Of a stretch of 64,000 nucleotides of DNA, positions 59,613 to 64,000 are shown one piece after another. The position numbers were made by a program, and so were the translations under genes. Each line of letters begins with the position of its first letter. The first letter of the stretch is position 1. This DNA is from a virus. The stretch lies in the IMG/VR virus record IMGVR_UViG_3300042330_000854, positions 1 to 64,000 of that record; one strand, 5' to 3'. The notes under the pieces were generated by a model that was given only the letters and a program-made list of their open reading frames with translations, was not told the origin of the DNA and did not search any database.

Positions 59613-59996
59613 ATGAACATAGACAAAATTTTAGAACAACATCCGTTTTTATCTTATGGAATATATGCAGAACAAGAAATCTTGGGAATTATCCAAGATT
59701 CAAGTGCTTTAATTATAAGCATTTACGATATTTCTAAAATCAAAGATGAAGAATCAAGATTAAGATTTTTAGAATTAGGAAATATATGGTGGTGGGAAAG
59801 TAATCGCTTAGACCCAATCGATATATTTGTTAAAAAACAATTTGAAGAATTTTATTATTGTTTAATTCATTTAAATCAAAAAGAATTTAATTTAATAAAA
59901 GGACATGTTGTTAGTTTAACAGATGTTTGTTATAATCGTAAAAAAAGAAAAACATACATTAGTTTATCTGGTTCAACTCATCAAAAGAAAAATTAA
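59613..59996 (+). CDS. conserved jumbo-phage protein
   Basis: HPFLS...GIIQ...IYD...FLELG..WWWESNR..PI.IF. Confidence 0.7.
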   Translation: MNIDKILEQHPFLSYGIYAEQEILGIIQDSSALIISIYDISKIKDEESRLRFLELGNIWWWESNRLDPIDIFVKKQFEEFYYCLIHLNQKEFNLIKGHVVSLTDVCYNRKKRKTYISLSGSTHQKKN

Positions 59997-60546
59997 TTTT
60001 ATATTTATTACAAAAATAATAAATTTCTTTTTTATTTTTAAAATACTCAATATGTGGAATATTAATATTTTTTATATTAAACGTATTCTTTGGTATTGTT
60101 AAATTTTCATAGATAAATTCTTTTTTAAAATAATTTAAAAAAGAATTATAAAATAGTCTTCTTTTAAAAAAACTTCTAAATCTTTGTTCAGGAATAATAA
60201 GAGAGTTTAAATCAGGTTTTATTATTTTGTTATTAACTGTATTTGCCCATTGATTTAAAGAAAATGATATTTCTCTACTTAAAATAGAATTTAATTCGTT
60301 TTGTCTTTTAAGACCAAATACATCAAATTGTTTTAATAACAAATTTGTTTCATTATAATTTAAATTTTTACTATGTAACTTAGCAACAAATGTATTTTTT
60401 ATTTCTTTTAATTTTAACAAAATATTACTATAAGAATCATTAAAAAATTCTTCTTTATTTTCAATATTAAGATTATTTGATAATATTTCACATAATATTG
60501 ATGAACCAGAACGAGGATAAATTGTAAAAATTAATATATTTTTCAT
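59959..60546 (-). CDS. sulfotransferase-like protein
   Basis: PAPS-binding 5'PSB PRSGSS; LKRQNELNSILS. Confidence 0.7.
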   Translation of the reverse strand: MKNILIFTIYPRSGSSILCEILSNNLNIENKEEFFNDSYSNILLKLKEIKNTFVAKLHSKNLNYNETNLLLKQFDVFGLKRQNELNSILSREISFSLNQWANTVNNKIIKPDLNSLIIPEQRFRSFFKRRLFYNSFLNYFKKEFIYENLTIPKNTFNIKNINIPHIEYFKNKKEIYYFCNKYKINFSFDELNQIN

Positions 60547-60547
60547 A

Positions 60548-60853
60548 TTAGCTGTATTTTAAAAGCATTTCAACTTGGAATGTATTGTCTTGATTAGGGT
60601 GGTCTTTTAACCAAGAATGAATATTATTAAAATAATACCCAGATAACCAAAATTGTACTCTGTCGTCAGTATAAATAACCGCTGGGCCAGTTAATCGATG
60701 ATAAATTCTTCCTTTTTTACACCAAAATTTAAATCTTGATTCTTTTTCATAAGCAGGTGTACTTTCATCAGGTGATGATATTTGATAAATAATAATTTCA
60801 CTGGGATAATTTGTTGTAAATTTTTCACCATCAATATAATAAATATATTTCAT
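60548..60853 (-). CDS. HRxxGPA-family dispersed paralogue
   Basis: YHRLTGPA...HPNQDNTFQVEMLLKYS. Confidence 0.8.
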   Translation of the reverse strand: MKYIYYIDGEKFTTNYPSEIIIYQISSPDESTPAYEKESRFKFWCKKGRIYHRLTGPAVIYTDDRVQFWLSGYYFNNIHSWLKDHPNQDNTFQVEMLLKYS

Positions 60854-61259
60854 TGTTTAAGAGCCAACAAAACAGGCATTGTATCATCTTTAAAATAAAA
60901 TCTATAAATTGTTTTAACTGTAACATAAGCATGAGGGTCTTTATCTAAATCTAAAGCTTTATCGATTTTGAATCCCCATTTATTACAATCTTTAACATCA
61001 TCAATGATAAAAATTTCACTATCATAATAATAAGGAGATATAAAATCTTTATCAAAATTTTTAAATCTTCCATCGTTTAAATTTAGTTCATTTAGGTTTA
61101 ATGAAATAATGGTAATATCATTGATGGTTTTATTAGTAATTTCTTTTTCTTTAATTTTATATTTTAATATTGATTTATCAACATAACGGTCAATATACAT
61201 TGTATGTTCAAATTTTTTAAAATCTAATAATCCAAAACTTCCAAATGTAAAATACTTGC

Positions 61260-61838
61260 TCATTGTTGTTCCTTTAATGTTGAAAGTTGTATTATAATTG
61301 CAGCAGCATATGCAAACGCATGTGATTTTTTAAATCCAACATATCCTTCTTCTACTTCCCAAATTTTATTTGAAAATTCTTCATTAGTTAAATTACTGTT
61401 AATTAATTTTTGTCCCCAAGGTCGAATTATAGCTAAAACTAACGCTAAATCATCAATTGATTTTGGTTTAAATTCTTTTAATAAATTAGCATGTTCATGA
61501 ATATGAAATAATTGTTCTACAATTTCTGGATATTCAAACAATTCCCATTCATCGAAGGTTTCCAATAAAAGTCTTTTATTTTTATTTTTTAAATTTTCAT
61601 ACGGAACGGGATTATTAAGAATATCTAATTTCCAATAACCTCGTTGTTTGGCTTCTTGATAATCAAAAGAACATAAATTTGTTTTAAAATCAGCAGAAAT
61701 TCTTTGAACATGAATGCCAGGGCCATGTTCAATTAAAATGTCATCTTTTTTTCTACTTGCATTTACATGTGGTATTAAAGATAACAAATGCTTACGATCT
61801 AAAACATCTATGTCAATATCTGGTAAATTACAAGTCAT
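61260..61838 (-). CDS. minimal DNA polymerase III alpha (DnaE)-like protein
   Basis: PDIDID, H.PG, KLDIL, LAIIRP, FKKSHAFAYA. Confidence 0.8.
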   Translation of the reverse strand: MTCNLPDIDIDVLDRKHLLSLIPHVNASRKKDDILIEHGPGIHVQRISADFKTNLCSFDYQEAKQRGYWKLDILNNPVPYENLKNKNKRLLLETFDEWELFEYPEIVEQLFHIHEHANLLKEFKPKSIDDLALVLAIIRPWGQKLINSNLTNEEFSNKIWEVEEGYVGFKKSHAFAYAAAIIIQLSTLKEQQ

Positions 61839-62283
61839 TATCTACTACCAATTTTGGTGAGAATTTTTTTGGTGTTTTAGGCCATTGAACATGTAAAGAA
61901 ACATTAGCGTTAAAAATAACATCAGTTTCTTTTAAACGTTGAATGTTTAAACAATCAATATTTACATTTGTATGTTCTTTTAAAATACAAACATAACTTG
62001 TACAACAAAATAGAAAATCATCTAAGTGTTCTTTTGAAGTTTTATTTTTTAAAAATTCTAATGTGGAAAATACTAATATTCCAGTATGATTTTTGGGTGT
62101 TATATCAGACCATTTTTTAACATTTTGATAATTAATATTTCTTTTTGCTAAATCAATAAGAAAAAAATCATCAATATCTTTTCTGGTATGCCAAAAATCA
62201 ATTAAATTTTGTTGAACATGAAAATTTGATTTTTGATTTATTTCGTGATCTTGTAATGTAATAAAAAAACTCATTGTTTATCC

Positions 62284-62592
62284 TTAACTATATTTTAATA
62301 ACATTTCTACTTGAAAAGCATTATCTTGATTTGGATGTTCTTCTAACCAATCCTTAACATTATTATATCTTTTATTGTTTAAATCAAAATATTCTATTCC
62401 GTCACCCGCAATAACTGCTGGTCCCGTTAATCGATGACAACGCCAACCTTTTAAACACCAAAATTTAAACCCATTTGATAAATTTTCATAAGCAGGCGTA
62501 CTTTCATCTGGGGAAGAAATATCATCTAAAGGAATTTCATAATAATTATCGGTTGTATATTTTTCATCATCAACGTAATAAATAAAATTCAT
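62284..62592 (-). CDS. HRxxGPA-family dispersed paralogue
   Basis: CHRLTGPA...HPNQDNAFQVEMLLKYS. Confidence 0.8.
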   Translation of the reverse strand: MNFIYYVDDEKYTTDNYYEIPLDDISSPDESTPAYENLSNGFKFWCLKGWRCHRLTGPAVIAGDGIEYFDLNNKRYNNVKDWLEEHPNQDNAFQVEMLLKYS

Positions 62593-62836
62593 CTAAACGT
62601 CTTTCTTTGATTTTGTAAATCGTTAATCTTTCGTTCCAAATCATCCAAACGATTTAATCTTAAAATTTTCTGTTCTAAAAAAGCAATTCTTGTTTCTAAA
62701 TTTTTTATTGTTAATTCTAAATTATTAACAACAATTCCCTGAGTAACAATTAATTTTTTATTATCATCTAAAGGTTCTTTTTGCTTTACTTTTTTTCTAG
62801 GAAACTTTTTATCTAATTTTGAATATATGCCGCTCA

Positions 62837-63511
62837 TTATAAACCTTCTTCTAATAATAAATTATGAATTAAATCGAATTCAGCTTTTTTTAAATTAAAC
62901 ATTTGAAACCAATACTCAGAATCCATTGTATTTTTAATATATGCTTTTTGTTCTTCTGCCATATTAGCGATTTTTTGTAATCCATTTTCGCTACCATAAA
63001 CTACCCAAGGACTTATCATCCCTTGGTTTAATAATAAAGCTAGATAACTATCACCAATTTTATTAAAAAAATCTTTTAATTCTACTTGATTAGTATAACA
63101 CCAGTTTAAGATAAATTCAATACTTCTTTTAGCTGCGTCTAAATAATTTTCATTTCTTACAAAATGTTTTATAAAACTATTCCAAGTTTCAGGACGTTTC
63201 CATTTTGTTGTTGGTATATTTTTTTCAATGATATAATCAAAAAATTCTCGATAAGAATGCGAATAATTTTTCAATACAAAATCAGAAAATTCATAAAACA
63301 CATTGTAAAAACGATTGTTAATAAAAGTTTCAAATAATGGATTTTTTAAATTTTGATTTTTCTTCATCCAAATTGACCAAAAATCAAACGCAATTTTAGA
63401 AACTTCTAAATCTTTTTTTTCAAATCGCTCTTTTTGTAAGCAATGATGAGAATTTAATGTGGTTTCTTTTTTAAATTCTTTTTGGCAATAATTACATTTG
63501 TACACTTTCAA
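62837..63511 (-). CDS. C2H2 zinc-finger-containing conserved jumbo-phage protein
   Basis: YKCNYCQKEFKKETTLNSHHC; GMISPWV. Confidence 0.7.
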   Translation of the reverse strand: MKVYKCNYCQKEFKKETTLNSHHCLQKERFEKKDLEVSKIAFDFWSIWMKKNQNLKNPLFETFINNRFYNVFYEFSDFVLKNYSHSYREFFDYIIEKNIPTTKWKRPETWNSFIKHFVRNENYLDAAKRSIEFILNWCYTNQVELKDFFNKIGDSYLALLLNQGMISPWVVYGSENGLQKIANMAEEQKAYIKNTMDSEYWFQMFNLKKAEFDLIHNLLLEEGL

Positions 63512-63977
63512 ATTCCTTTAAAATCTTTTTAATTAAATCATCATCAATGGCATTTCTTTGTAAAAAATCTTCTAATTGATCTTTTGTTATAATTTTAATC
63601 ATCATATCAATTTCTTGATCTTTAGCATGAGGATAAACATTATACATAAAATTGTATAAATTAGAACTTGATTTATTTTTTGATATTGGATTAATCCAAT
63701 GATGGCGTTGTTTTCTACCAATACCAATTGCGCTCATTAATTTCCAAAATAATTCTGGATGTTTTGTTAATAATTGATTATCTACATTTAATAATTCATT
63801 TACGCTTGTTAGATAATATTCGCTTAAATGCCCATCTATTCCAGAAAACCATCTCATGATTTGAAATGGCGAAAATTGTTTTTTTTCTTCATCTGTTAAA
63901 TTATTATAATAATTTTTATTATTTAAATCTGCTTTTTCAAGCAATTCAAAAATATTTATTTTGTATTCTTTGCTCAT
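63492..63977 (-). CDS. clamp-loader small subunit (gp62-like)
   Basis: FSPFQIMRWFS...VNE...HPELFWKL...HHWI. Confidence 0.6.
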   Translation of the reverse strand: MSKEYKINIFELLEKADLNNKNYYNNLTDEEKKQFSPFQIMRWFSGIDGHLSEYYLTSVNELLNVDNQLLTKHPELFWKLMSAIGIGRKQRHHWINPISKNKSSSNLYNFMYNVYPHAKDQEIDMMIKIITKDQLEDFLQRNAIDDDLIKKILKEFESVQM

Positions 63978-64000
63978 AAATTTACCTCTAATCTAATTCT

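Noticed and set aside
2150-62592. Diversity-generating retroelement driving the HRxxGPA family
   Set aside because: No reverse transcriptase or near-identical template/variable repeat pair is visible in this window; it remains testable genome-wide.
1-64000. Stop-codon reassignment
   Set aside because: Core genes are full length in the standard code and no suppressor (CTA/TCA/TTA) tRNA was found.

Overview
Very AT-rich, densely coded segment of a jumbo, T4-superfamily-like phage genome, using the standard genetic code. The resemblance to GAP32/Rak2/Atu_ph07-type myoviruses is my inference from gene content. Core genes: partial NAD-dependent DNA ligase, T4-type RNase H, terminase large-subunit C-half starting with a split-intein C-fragment, gp41-like helicase, gp61-like primase, a mini-DnaE and a gp62-like clamp-loader subunit. 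Accessory genes: a DUF2828/TROVE-vWA protein, HD (p)ppGpp hydrolase, NUDIX, nucleotidyltransferase, two amidoligases, three GNAT-like paralogues, a mini class II aaRS, two free-standing endonucleases and about 14 dispersed HRxxGPA paralogues. The most striking part is a non-coding RNA region (about 31-36.5 kb, with outliers to 49.3 kb). It holds about 20 tRNAs, many with a compensated, recoded D/T elbow, and two tRNAs interrupted in the anticodon loop by a homologous 61-65 nt structured insert. It also has D-armless pseudoknotted 8/4 tRNAs, a permuted YrlA-like RNA, several families of duplicated novel ncRNAs and two ~370-nt RNAs. A family of CxGCAAA stem-loops has one extra copy directly on the ribosome-binding site of the Ro60-like DUF2828 gene, suggesting a phage Ro/Y-RNA-like RNP system. 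All family assignments come from motif recognition by eye; no searches or folding programs were run.
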